Assembly: GCA_965231125.1 (NCBI GenBank)
Contig: OZ246414.1
Location: forward strand, 757,440-821,439
Length of the DNA stretch: 64,000 bases
Direction: 5' to 3'
From: an uncultured Gammaproteobacteria bacterium
Lineage (GTDB): Bacteria > Patescibacteriota > Microgenomatia > Woykebacterales > RBG-16-39-9b
Shown piece after piece: positions 56,124 through 64,000 of the stretch. Position 1 is the stretch's first letter. Each line of letters opens with the position of its first letter. The notes under the pieces are model-generated. The model was not told where the DNA came from and searched no databases. It was given only the letters and a program-made list of their open reading frames with translations. A program made the position numbers and the translations under genes.

Positions 56124-58193
56124 CTAGGGTACAGTTATTGTTAGAGTTTGGGTGACTGTGTTGACGCCGTCACTGGCTCTTAGCGGTACAAAGTAAGTAG
56201 TGGCTGCTTGACCTAAACTTGGAGTCCATTTAAATTCCCCAGTAATAGAATTTAGAGTTGCACCTGACGGGCCAGTCATACTGTAAGTTATTGAGCTACC
56301 CTCTGGATCGGTGGCGCGGATGAAAAACCAAAGTAACTTACCAACGGCAAGATTATCAGGTGGCCAGTTTAAATTATAATCGTTATTAACTATATCTACA
56401 TCTGCCTGCGTAATTGAACCGTTTGCATTAAGGTCATAAGCGGGGTATAAACTTGCACTTTGTCCAACCTTTTGAACAACTGCTAGTATATCTGCTGAAG
56501 TAACTTTTCCATCACTACCAACAACATCTGGATCAAGAATGATTAGAGTAGGCGCCAAATTAACATTGGACACTGTAACCGCTATCGTCGAGGACACCCC
56601 GGTGTTTCCAGCAGCATCGTAAGCTTTGGCTGAGACATTGTGTAAACCATTAGACAAAGCTCTAGTATTCCAAGCGTAGGTGTATGGGAAGGACAAGTCG
56701 GACCCTTTAAGGAAACCATCAACGTAAAATTCCACTTTTGTGACCCCAATATTATCTGAAGCAGTGGCGGCAATATTTGTTATTCCAGATACAGATGAGC
56801 CATCGGCTGGTGAAGTTATTGAAACCGTTGGGCTGGTTATATCGACGTTATTATACTTTCGAACCCAAATATCATAACCTTGCCCGACACGATATTGACT
56901 GCCGATTACGTAAGTGTTATCCGATTTGTCAGCCACTACATCCGCACCGCTATCGTTTAAACTATCTGGGCTATTGTATGTGCCTTGCCACAAAAGACTT
57001 CCTTTACCAGTCATAACTCTTAACCAAACATCTTTATTTGTTAGGCTCACTTCCTTTTGGCCAATGACAAAAACATTTCCGAGATTGGGATTCTTATCAA
57101 CGTAGACCGAGGCCGCTGACTCGTCCAAATTGTCCGTTGTGCTGCTAACGTTCTGCCAGAGTCTTGTCCCAGCCGAGTTATACATTTGGATAATAGCGTT
57201 TGAATGATAAAGTCCGTCCCCCTCTTTACGGAAGCTCTTACCAGCGACGTAAGCATTTCCTACTAAATCGGTGGCCACACTGTGACCTGCGTCCAAATTA
57301 TTGGAAGGGCTATTGTATCGTTTAATCCACGAAGTTTTCCCGGCGGATGATATCTTTGCTAACCAAAGGTTACCCTTTTGTCCGATGGCGCTTCGGTCTT
57401 CGACACCAGTAGCGTAAATGCTTCCCGCCCCCGTAGCCGCAATGCCGTAGCCTTTATCATTGTTTCCAACTAAACTATTAGTTTTTGAAGGTGTTGGTGA
57501 AGTATATTTCTTTGACCAGACAGGGGTACCAGCTGAAGTATACTTTCGAACCCAAATGTCGTTCCCTTCTTTGGGGTAGTAAAGAAAGCCGATAACATAA
57601 ACATTCCCTGAATTGTCTAAGGCAATATCTTGGCCTTGATCGTTTTTATTGGCCGGGCCGTTCTGCGTCCGGGTCCAAAGTACCGTACCGCTGCTATTAT
57701 ACTTTCGAACCCAAACGTCTAACCTTTTCGTCGAACTCATCGTGGCCGCTCCAACGACATAAATATATCCAGAAGAATTCACAGCTATGTCCGCACCGTA
57801 ATCGTTTTTATTGGCCGGGCCGTTATAGGTTTTAGTCCAAAGTACACCGCCACTTGGATTATATTTGCGCAGCCAAATATCGTAATTACTCCCGTTATAA
57901 ACAGTGCCGACAGCATAAATATTTTTGCTGGAATCAATAGCGACCCCGCTACCCGTATCTTTACCGTTATGGGAGTCGTTATAACTTCTAGTCCAGGCAG
58001 GCTGAAGCAGAAAAGACACCGCGGATGACTGCGCTCGACTTGCTGGTTCTCTGGCCTGATTTGCGAGAAATATGGTGAGAGGAATCGCGGCAAGAATAAT
58101 TAGTGTGCCAATTAACGGAAGAACATCCTTGGAAGTATAAGGAGAGTTTATTGCTTGGCGGTATTTTTGAACTTGCTCTTTTAATGTCTCCAC
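56124..58193 (-). CDS. exported beta-propeller (SBBP-like repeat) protein with full Ig-like domain and C-terminal dockerin-like repeats
   Basis: 689 aa. Shared N-terminal anchor (LIGTLIILAAIPLTIFLANQAREPASRA). Repeated ...YDIWLRKYN.SG..LWT.TYNGPANKNDYG.DIA... units. Full Ig-like domain TVSITSPADGSSVSGITNIAATASDNIGVTKVEFYVDG. Two Ca-binding-like dockerin repeats (DPDVVGSDGKVTSADILAV and DLNANGSITQADVDIV). Confidence 0.6.
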   Translation of the reverse strand: METLKEQVQKYRQAINSPYTSKDVLPLIGTLIILAAIPLTIFLANQAREPASRAQSSAVSFLLQPAWTRSYNDSHNGKDTGSGVAIDSSKNIYAVGTVYNGSNYDIWLRKYNPSGGVLWTKTYNGPANKNDYGADIAVNSSGYIYVVGAATMSSTKRLDVWVRKYNSSGTVLWTRTQNGPANKNDQGQDIALDNSGNVYVIGFLYYPKEGNDIWVRKYTSAGTPVWSKKYTSPTPSKTNSLVGNNDKGYGIAATGAGSIYATGVEDRSAIGQKGNLWLAKISSAGKTSWIKRYNSPSNNLDAGHSVATDLVGNAYVAGKSFRKEGDGLYHSNAIIQMYNSAGTRLWQNVSSTTDNLDESAASVYVDKNPNLGNVFVIGQKEVSLTNKDVWLRVMTGKGSLLWQGTYNSPDSLNDSGADVVADKSDNTYVIGSQYRVGQGYDIWVRKYNNVDITSPTVSITSPADGSSVSGITNIAATASDNIGVTKVEFYVDGFLKGSDLSFPYTYAWNTRALSNGLHNVSAKAYDAAGNTGVSSTIAVTVSNVNLAPTLIILDPDVVGSDGKVTSADILAVVQKVGQSASLYPAYDLNANGSITQADVDIVNNDYNLNWPPDNLAVGKLLWFFIRATDPEGSSITYSMTGPSGATLNSITGEFKWTPSLGQAATTYFVPLRASDGVNTVTQTLTITVP

Positions 58194-58252
58194 GGGCAGC
58201 TCTCTAAATTATCCGTTAATCCCTTCAAATTGTCAAACACTCCAAATCAGTT

Positions 58253-60142
58253 TTAGGGTTTATGGTGAGCAAACCACCAATCAAAAATTTCTTTCGTGGC
58301 GGGGGCGCAAACTTCGGAACCATGACCGGCATTTTCCGCCATCACGGTCACCACAATTTGAGGTTTGTCAAAAGGTGCAAAAGCGGTATACCAAGCGTGG
58401 GGCCTCTGACCACCAGACTCAGCCGTGCCCGTCTTACCAGCGGTTTTTATTTTATAATTCCCAAAAAGCCAACCGACATTTCCATCGCCGATTTGGTCTT
58501 GGTACATCCCCTCTTTGACAATTTTAATCGTCTCTTTCGATAAAAATCCCGAGCGGATAACTTGAGGAGCATCCGTTTTTAAAACTGTCGGCCGGACCAG
58601 CTTGCCACCATTGGCATAAACGGAAGTTACTAATGAGAGTTGAAGAGGTGAGACCATTAAGTTTCCTTGGCCAATAGCCATGTTTAAAGTATCGCCGGGG
58701 TACCAAGGCTGCCGAAAAACTTTCTGCTTCCAACTCTCCGTAGGAAGTAATCCCGGAGTTTCCCCTGGTAAATCAATACCAGTAATAGACCCAATTGAAA
58801 ACTTTCTTGCCATATCTTGAATAACCTTTGGGCCAATCATTTGAGAAAGTTTGAAGAAAAATGTATCGTTAGACCGGGCGATTGCCCGAACCACGTTAAT
58901 CGCGCCTTCAGTTTTATGGTTACTTAGCCAAAGCCAATTATTAAAAATTTGGCTGCCTATTTGCACGTAACCAGTATCTAGAATTTTTGTATCAGGTTTT
59001 ATGCTACCCGATTCAAGCCCAGCGGCAGCTGTGATTAGCTTGAAAGTGGAACCTGATGGATAGGCAGACCCTATTACCCGGTTTATAAGAGGTTTCTCTT
59101 GGTCGTTAATTAGCTTGTTGTATTGAGTCTGTGTTAAACCCTCTTCAAAAAGATTGTCGTTAAAGGAAGGGACTGATACTAAAGCTAAAATTTCGCCGGT
59201 GGTCGGGTTCATCACAACAGCAGAACCAGCTTTTGCGCCGGCGTGCTTCAACCATTTCTTTAGAGTTGTATCTACTTTTTTCTGCAAGCCTAAATCGATA
59301 CTTAAAGTGACGTCCCCTCCGGCAACTGGACTAGTGGTAATCAAACTCCCAACCTTTTTACCAGTTGCATCCACTTTAAGAAGGTTGTAGCCGTCCTCCC
59401 CACGCAAAGTGTTCTCGAATGATTCTTCCACTCCAGACCTCCCAACCCTATCCCCTAGTTGGTACGGCGTGCCCGAAGGATTTCGAAGTTCTTGCTCGGA
59501 AACCTCGCTAGTGTAACCGAGGACAGCGGCTAAAATGGCTCCGTACGGGTATTTTCTCTTAGGGCTTATCTCCACTTCAACTCCCGGCAACCCACTTGTC
59601 TGAAGATTTAAAGCCACATCATGGCTCACACCGGATTTAATGGTCAAGGGGCTGTCGCTAGACCCGGTTTTAAGCTCACGAACAATTTCGGCGGTCGGTA
59701 CATTAATAATCTTTGAAAGTTTTTCCAAAACTGACTCCCTACCCTTTTCTGGAAGAGCAGACCCATCTATTGCTACTCTGAAAGCCGGGACGTTTCTTGC
59801 TAAGATAGCTCCGTTTCGATCGTAAACTACCCCTCGCGGCGCGTGGTCCACTTCCACTCTGTAATGATTGCCCTCGGCTTTTCCTAAAAATTTATCTCCT
59901 TGAATAACTTGCAAGTCAAAGATTCGCGACCCCAAAACAATAAAAAGTAAGGTAAAGATAATAAAAAGGAAAGCTAGTCTCCATCTGGAAACCTCATGGA
60001 AACTATCATCTTTGTTCAAAGCAAAGAAGCTGCCTCCCGACCACTGCTCGGAATCTTTAAGCCTGTGCTTTCCCGCGGGAGTTCTCCTAGCGCCATTTTT
60101 TTCAATACCCTCGGAAAATACCGGGCCTAAATCCTTCCTCAT
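58253..60142 (-). CDS. mrdA: penicillin-binding protein 2 (peptidoglycan D,D-transpeptidase)
   Basis: 629 aa. SXXK active site SGSTFKLITAAAGL. SXN. KTGTAE. Located in an mreBCD context. The N-terminus is probably shorter than the longest ORF. Confidence 0.85.
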   Translation of the reverse strand: MRKDLGPVFSEGIEKNGARRTPAGKHRLKDSEQWSGGSFFALNKDDSFHEVSRWRLAFLFIIFTLLFIVLGSRIFDLQVIQGDKFLGKAEGNHYRVEVDHAPRGVVYDRNGAILARNVPAFRVAIDGSALPEKGRESVLEKLSKIINVPTAEIVRELKTGSSDSPLTIKSGVSHDVALNLQTSGLPGVEVEISPKRKYPYGAILAAVLGYTSEVSEQELRNPSGTPYQLGDRVGRSGVEESFENTLRGEDGYNLLKVDATGKKVGSLITTSPVAGGDVTLSIDLGLQKKVDTTLKKWLKHAGAKAGSAVVMNPTTGEILALVSVPSFNDNLFEEGLTQTQYNKLINDQEKPLINRVIGSAYPSGSTFKLITAAAGLESGSIKPDTKILDTGYVQIGSQIFNNWLWLSNHKTEGAINVVRAIARSNDTFFFKLSQMIGPKVIQDMARKFSIGSITGIDLPGETPGLLPTESWKQKVFRQPWYPGDTLNMAIGQGNLMVSPLQLSLVTSVYANGGKLVRPTVLKTDAPQVIRSGFLSKETIKIVKEGMYQDQIGDGNVGWLFGNYKIKTAGKTGTAESGGQRPHAWYTAFAPFDKPQIVVTVMAENAGHGSEVCAPATKEIFDWWFAHHKP

Positions 60143-60486
60143 ATATATTTAAAGTAGATTAAGTTTAAAAATTTTGTTCCTACCTCCCAAAAAATTAAGC
60201 TTAAAAGAATAATAACAATTTCAATAACTTTTCTATCTGGCAAAAACCTCTTTAACAGAAGAAAAAACAACACTGCTGCCGTAAAACCCATTAAAACTAC
60301 TCCAAAGTAAAAACCACTAAAGATGGCTATAAAGAAGCTTGAAGCTAATATTAAAACTAGGTTTTTGGCGACTCCTTGCCTCGAAACGAAGAATAAAGTA
60401 GCCGCCAAGGCAAAATTAATTGGCAAAATTATAATTTGGGCGGCAGATAAAACTGCAGACAGCAAAGCTTTAACTAAAGTTTTCAT
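60139..60486 (-). CDS. mreD: rod shape-determining protein MreD-like membrane protein
   Basis: 115 aa, multi-TM. Overlaps PBP2 and MreC genes by 4 nt each. Assigned by position and topology. Confidence 0.5.
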   Translation of the reverse strand: MKTLVKALLSAVLSAAQIIILPINFALAATLFFVSRQGVAKNLVLILASSFFIAIFSGFYFGVVLMGFTAAVLFFLLLKRFLPDRKVIEIVIILLSLIFWEVGTKFLNLIYFKYI

Positions 60487-61283
60487 TTTTCCGTTAAAAC
60501 AAATACGCTTGTTAAATTCTCATACAAAATAAGAGGCGTAACAACTGCTTTCTGAAAAAGTTCTTTTTGGACACTTTTAACTTGGCTTACTTTTCCAATC
60601 ACCAAAGAAGACGGCAAATTATCCTCGCCCGTGGTCATTACTAGATCGCCTACTTTTAAAGTATCTCCCTGAACAACGTTTGTTAGCAAAATTTCAGCCC
60701 CAAACTGCCCTTGCACAATACCGTGGACTTTTCTGCTAGTTACAGCCGATATCTTCGTCTGGGGATCCGAAACAAGTTGCACATTAGCAGTCCTTGGTGT
60801 TGTCTGATAAATTCTGCCTAGGAGAATGTTTTGGAGTACAACTACCATTCCCTTTCTTAACCCGGACTTTTCTCCTTTATCAATCAAAAGAAGTTTATTC
60901 GACACGAATGGTGAGAGACCAATTACATCAGCAACAACTAAGTTTTCTTTTTCGGTTGGTAGTGCCCGGATTTGTTTGCGCAGGGCAGAGTTTTGTTCTT
61001 TAAGAAGGGAAATCTGCACGCTCTCGGCAGTAAGAAGCGCGGCTTCTTCGGAGAGTTTCGCGTTTTCGTCTCTCAAGTTTCCAATATCTTTTACTGTCGA
61101 GAGGGTGTTTTTGACATTTCGGCTAGCACTGTATAAGGAGATTTGAACCGGAATTGTAAAATCCTCGACAAGGCCTTTTAATGGGTTAAATAAGCCCCGC
61201 GCTTCGCCGAAGGAGATGATAGCTCCTAGGAGAAATATTATAATAAGGCTTCTGTAGCCGGGCTGCTTAAGAAACTGCCTCAC
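60483..61283 (-). CDS. mreC: rod shape-determining protein MreC
   Basis: 266 aa. N-terminal TM, coiled coil, and a beta-barrel core (...VVADVIGLSPFVSNKLLLIDKGEKSGLRKGMVV...GRIYQTTPRTANVQLVSDP...). Confidence 0.8.
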   Translation of the reverse strand: MRQFLKQPGYRSLIIIFLLGAIISFGEARGLFNPLKGLVEDFTIPVQISLYSASRNVKNTLSTVKDIGNLRDENAKLSEEAALLTAESVQISLLKEQNSALRKQIRALPTEKENLVVADVIGLSPFVSNKLLLIDKGEKSGLRKGMVVVLQNILLGRIYQTTPRTANVQLVSDPQTKISAVTSRKVHGIVQGQFGAEILLTNVVQGDTLKVGDLVMTTGEDNLPSSLVIGKVSQVKSVQKELFQKAVVTPLILYENLTSVFVLTEK

Positions 61284-62335
61284 GTTACCCCTGAAGTAAT
61301 TTTTACTCTTTCAAGTAAGTTTATATCCTCCATTACTTTGCCGGCACCGCGAACTACAGTAGTTAATGGGTCTTCAACTAATATCGCTGGCACTTTGGTT
61401 TCACGAGCAACAAGATCGCCAAGTCCAGAAAGCAAAGAGCCGCCGCCCGTTAGGTAAATCCCTTTTTCGAAAATGTCAGACATAAGTTCTGGCGGAGTCT
61501 CTTCGATAGTGTCTTTAATAACTTGAATAACTGTGCCGATTGTATTGCTCAAGGCCTCACGAATTTCTCCAGAGCCAATTGTAATTGTAGTCGGTAAACC
61601 ACTGGCAATATCGCGACCGCGCATTTGGACTCTCGCTTCTTCTCCAACTGGAAATGCGGAGCCAATATCTATTTTTATTGATTCGGCGGTTTTTTCGCCA
61701 ACCAAAGCGTTGTAGCGGGCTCGGACGTAATTGACTATATCTTGATCCATCTCATCGCCGGCAACTCTTATGGATTTATTGACTACAATTCCACCCAAAG
61801 AAATTACAGCTATTTCGGTAGTGCCGCCACCGATATCTACAATCATGTTACCAGTTGCCTCTTCAATCGGAAGGTTAGCTCCAATTGCTGCCGCCATTGG
61901 TTCCTCAATTAGAAATACTTCCCTAGCTCCCGCGTTTAAAGTGGCCTCTTGAACGGCTCTACGTTCAACTTCTGTAACATCTGAAGGAATTCCGATGACA
62001 ACTCTTGGTCGAGGTATCTTAGGGATGTTGGAGTCACGGTTCTCATGAACTTTATTTATGAAATGCTTCAGAATCGCCTCTGCCGCCTCTAAATCGTTTA
62101 TAACGCCGTCTTTTAGTGGGCTCTGGGCGACAATTGCCGCTGGAGTTTTTCCAACCATTTTCTTCGCCTCTTCGCCAACCGCAAGAACCTGCTTAGTTTT
62201 TTTGTGAAGGGAGATGACAGTCGGCTCGCGGATCATTATTCCTTTTCCGCGCACCAAAACCAAAGTATTGGCAGTTCCGAGATCTATAGCGATGTCGTGG
62301 GAAAAAGTTCCAAAAAATTGATCAAGAATATTCAC
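61280..62335 (-). CDS. mreB: rod shape-determining protein MreB
   Basis: 351 aa. IAIDLGTANTLV; actin-like ATPase motifs; DIGGGTTEIAVIS. Confidence 0.9.
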   Translation of the reverse strand: MNILDQFFGTFSHDIAIDLGTANTLVLVRGKGIMIREPTVISLHKKTKQVLAVGEEAKKMVGKTPAAIVAQSPLKDGVINDLEAAEAILKHFINKVHENRDSNIPKIPRPRVVIGIPSDVTEVERRAVQEATLNAGAREVFLIEEPMAAAIGANLPIEEATGNMIVDIGGGTTEIAVISLGGIVVNKSIRVAGDEMDQDIVNYVRARYNALVGEKTAESIKIDIGSAFPVGEEARVQMRGRDIASGLPTTITIGSGEIREALSNTIGTVIQVIKDTIEETPPELMSDIFEKGIYLTGGGSLLSGLGDLVARETKVPAILVEDPLTTVVRGAGKVMEDINLLERVKITSGVT

Positions 62336-62556
62336 CGGCTGTCCTCCGCATTCAGTCTAACACCGCCAAAAATCATTATCAACAGGTAAATTTTTGAATA
62401 GGGTCTAAACCTACTTTACTACCACCAAAATAGATCAGAATGACGTCCTCCCCGACTGAAGTCGGGGTTGCCGACGTTTTCTCGCCCCGCCGGTCGCGAG
62501 GCTTGAAAATAAATTAAGGTTTAACTACAGTCAGACGTTTGTGCTATTATCGAAGG

Positions 62557-64000
62557 GTGAAAACTGGACAGCTTACGGATACTGTTATTGAATACTCCTT
62601 TTATCTTTTAATTTTCTTCGTCCCGCTTATTTGGCTGCCGGCAAATTACGAGCTTTTTGAATTCAACAAAATCACTCTTACTTATATTTTAGCCTCTGTA
62701 ATTTTCGGAGCTTGGCTTCTTAAGTCTGCTGACGAACGCAAGCTTTATATAAAAAGAACGCCGCTTGATATACCAATTACTCTCTTCTTAATTGGGAATA
62801 TATTAGCTACCGTGGTATCGATGGACCGGCACACTTCTTTCTTTGGTTATTACTCAAGGTTTAACGGCGGTTTGTTATCGACAGTCACTTACATTTTTCT
62901 ATACTACGCATTTGTAACTCACTTCAAGAAAGAAAAGGTAACTACGTTTCTTTTAATTGGCTTTGTTTCAAGTGTTTTGGTGGCGATATACGCTGTCTTG
63001 CAGCACCCCACGCCTCTATTTAGAAATCCAGATGGAACTTTGCGTGGAATTGATGCCGGTTATTGGGCGCAGAATGCGCAGATCCGAGCTTTTTCGACTT
63101 TGGGTCAACCAAATTGGCTTGCCGCATACCTGACAATATTCTTCTTCATCGGCACCTCCCTTCTTTTTATTTTTAAAAGGTTTTGGCAAAAATTTTTAAT
63201 GCTAGTTTCACTCGGGCTAATTTTTCTTGGCTTCACTTTTGCCTATTCAAGAGCGGCAACGCTTGGTCTAGCGTCAGGAGTCTCGGTTTTCTTATTCTTT
63301 TTCTTTGTTAAAAAGGCAACTTTTGTTGACAAAATTAAAACTAGGTTGCTTTTTCTTAGCAGACAACACTTTAAAGTGCCAAAGCTTGGCTCTAACTGGG
63401 TATGGCTTGCCGGAATTGTTTTGGTAGTATTAGTCGTAAATTTTTTCTTCAGCAACGCCTTTTCCAAACGCGGGTTAGCGGTTGAAGTAAATGGTACTAG
63501 TATTACTGAACTAGATATTGAAGGCAAAGATACCGGCCAAATACGCTTACTCGTTTGGAAAGGTGCTTTAGAAATTTTTAAGGATCACCCGATTTTTGGT
63601 TCCGGGGTTGAAACTTTCGACTACGCTTACTATTTTTATCGACCAGTCGCGCACAATGTTACTTCAGAATGGGATTTTTCTTATAATAAGGCTCACAATG
63701 AATATCTAAACTATCTTGCCACTACTGGTCTGGTCGGTACTATCCCCTATTTGTGGATGATTGGACTTTTCCTTTACATTGCCTTTCGGCGAGTCTACGA
63801 ACAGGATTTATCCGAAAAGAAACTCTTACTAGTAACCATCCTCTCTGCATACATAAGTTACTTGGTCCAAAATTTCTTCGGCTTTTCAGTGGTGATAATT
63901 GCCATAATTTTTTATCTTGCGCCAGGCGTTTTCTTTATCTTGGAAGATATAGATCGCGGCTTATGGACAATTGCATCGGAAAAATTTTTCCCCGAACACG
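62557..64000 (+). CDS. O-antigen ligase/polymerase (Wzy_C) family membrane protein, truncated by the window edge
   Basis: The frame is open from 62518 to the window end. Many TM helices. ...SRAATLGLASG... and ...YNKAHNEYLNYLATTGLVGTIPY... match Wzy_C/WaaL-type motifs. GTG at 62557 or TTG at 62539 is a possible start. TTGAAA (62503) and TATTAT (62545) are promoter-like. Confidence 0.5.
   Translation, partial: MKTGQLTDTVIEYSFYLLIFFVPLIWLPANYELFEFNKITLTYILASVIFGAWLLKSADERKLYIKRTPLDIPITLFLIGNILATVVSMDRHTSFFGYYSRFNGGLLSTVTYIFLYYAFVTHFKKEKVTTFLLIGFVSSVLVAIYAVLQHPTPLFRNPDGTLRGIDAGYWAQNAQIRAFSTLGQPNWLAAYLTIFFFIGTSLLFIFKRFWQKFLMLVSLGLIFLGFTFAYSRAATLGLASGVSVFLFFFFVKKATFVDKIKTRLLFLSRQHFKVPKLGSNWVWLAGIVLVVLVVNFFFSNAFSKRGLAVEVNGTSITELDIEGKDTGQIRLLVWKGALEIFKDHPIFGSGVETFDYAYYFYRPVAHNVTSEWDFSYNKAHNEYLNYLATTGLVGTIPYLWMIGLFLYIAFRRVYEQDLSEKKLLLVTILSAYISYLVQNFFGFSVVIIAIIFYLAPGVFFILEDIDRGLWTIASEKFFPEH

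Noticed and set aside
1-64000. CRISPR arrays, rRNA genes, transposase or integrase genes.
   Set aside because: No regularly spaced short direct repeats, no rRNA signature sequences, and no DDE, tyrosine or serine recombinase-like ORFs seen.

Overview
This 64-kb window reads like a small-genome, low-G+C bacterium, and the short Mfd, short EF-Ts, TrpR/YerC-like regulator, many type-IV-pilin-like genes and large S/T-rich exported proteins are compatible with a Patescibacteria/CPR-like lineage. That lineage call is inference only. Nearly every gene is on the minus strand.

Reading minus-strand gene order from high to low coordinates, the backbone is:
- mreB-mreC-mreD-PBP2;
- a large SBBP/Ig/dockerin-like exported protein;
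- guaA;
- a tandem locus of exported proteins: pseudo-subtilase, cupredoxin-like protein, FN3/Ig protein, NHL-propeller, metzincin, pseudo-subtilase;
- hicBA, dprA and topA;
- a colinear dTTP-synthesis cluster: dcd, two dUTPase-like paralogs, thyA, tmk, NUDIX;
- rpsB-tsf-frr-rseP-proS;
- PHP, HIT, rpsU, ybeY, pth, mfd;
- dnaX-ybaB ... recR, YqeY;
- cysS and a type IV pilus minor-pilin/pilNO cluster.

Superimposed on this backbone:
- several islands of visibly higher G+C that interrupt conserved gene pairs;
- three families of exact intergenic repeats (75 nt, 163 bp, 92 bp);
- a 235-bp exact duplication that copies the 5' end and promoter of the subtilase-like genes, leaving an orphan 40-codon tail remnant;
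- a ~1.8-kb insertion flanked by 51-bp direct repeats at the 3' end of a DUF3465 gene, carrying two paralogous Cys-rich proteins;
- a ~2-kb ORF-free, hairpin-rich region;
- two G9-G10 homopolymer tracts.

The most unusual system is the 44.2-58.2 kb secreted-protein locus. Its genes share a conserved N-terminal signal-anchor (…HLL..GTLII.LSIP.TV.LV.Q.REPxSRA) and a conserved truncated Ig-like C-terminal tail (…TNPTSGQTVSGTVNVxAxAxD-stop). Both subtilisin homologs there have lost the Asp/His/Ser triad. No rRNA, tRNA or CRISPR was found. Everything here is from reading the sequence by eye; no searches were run.
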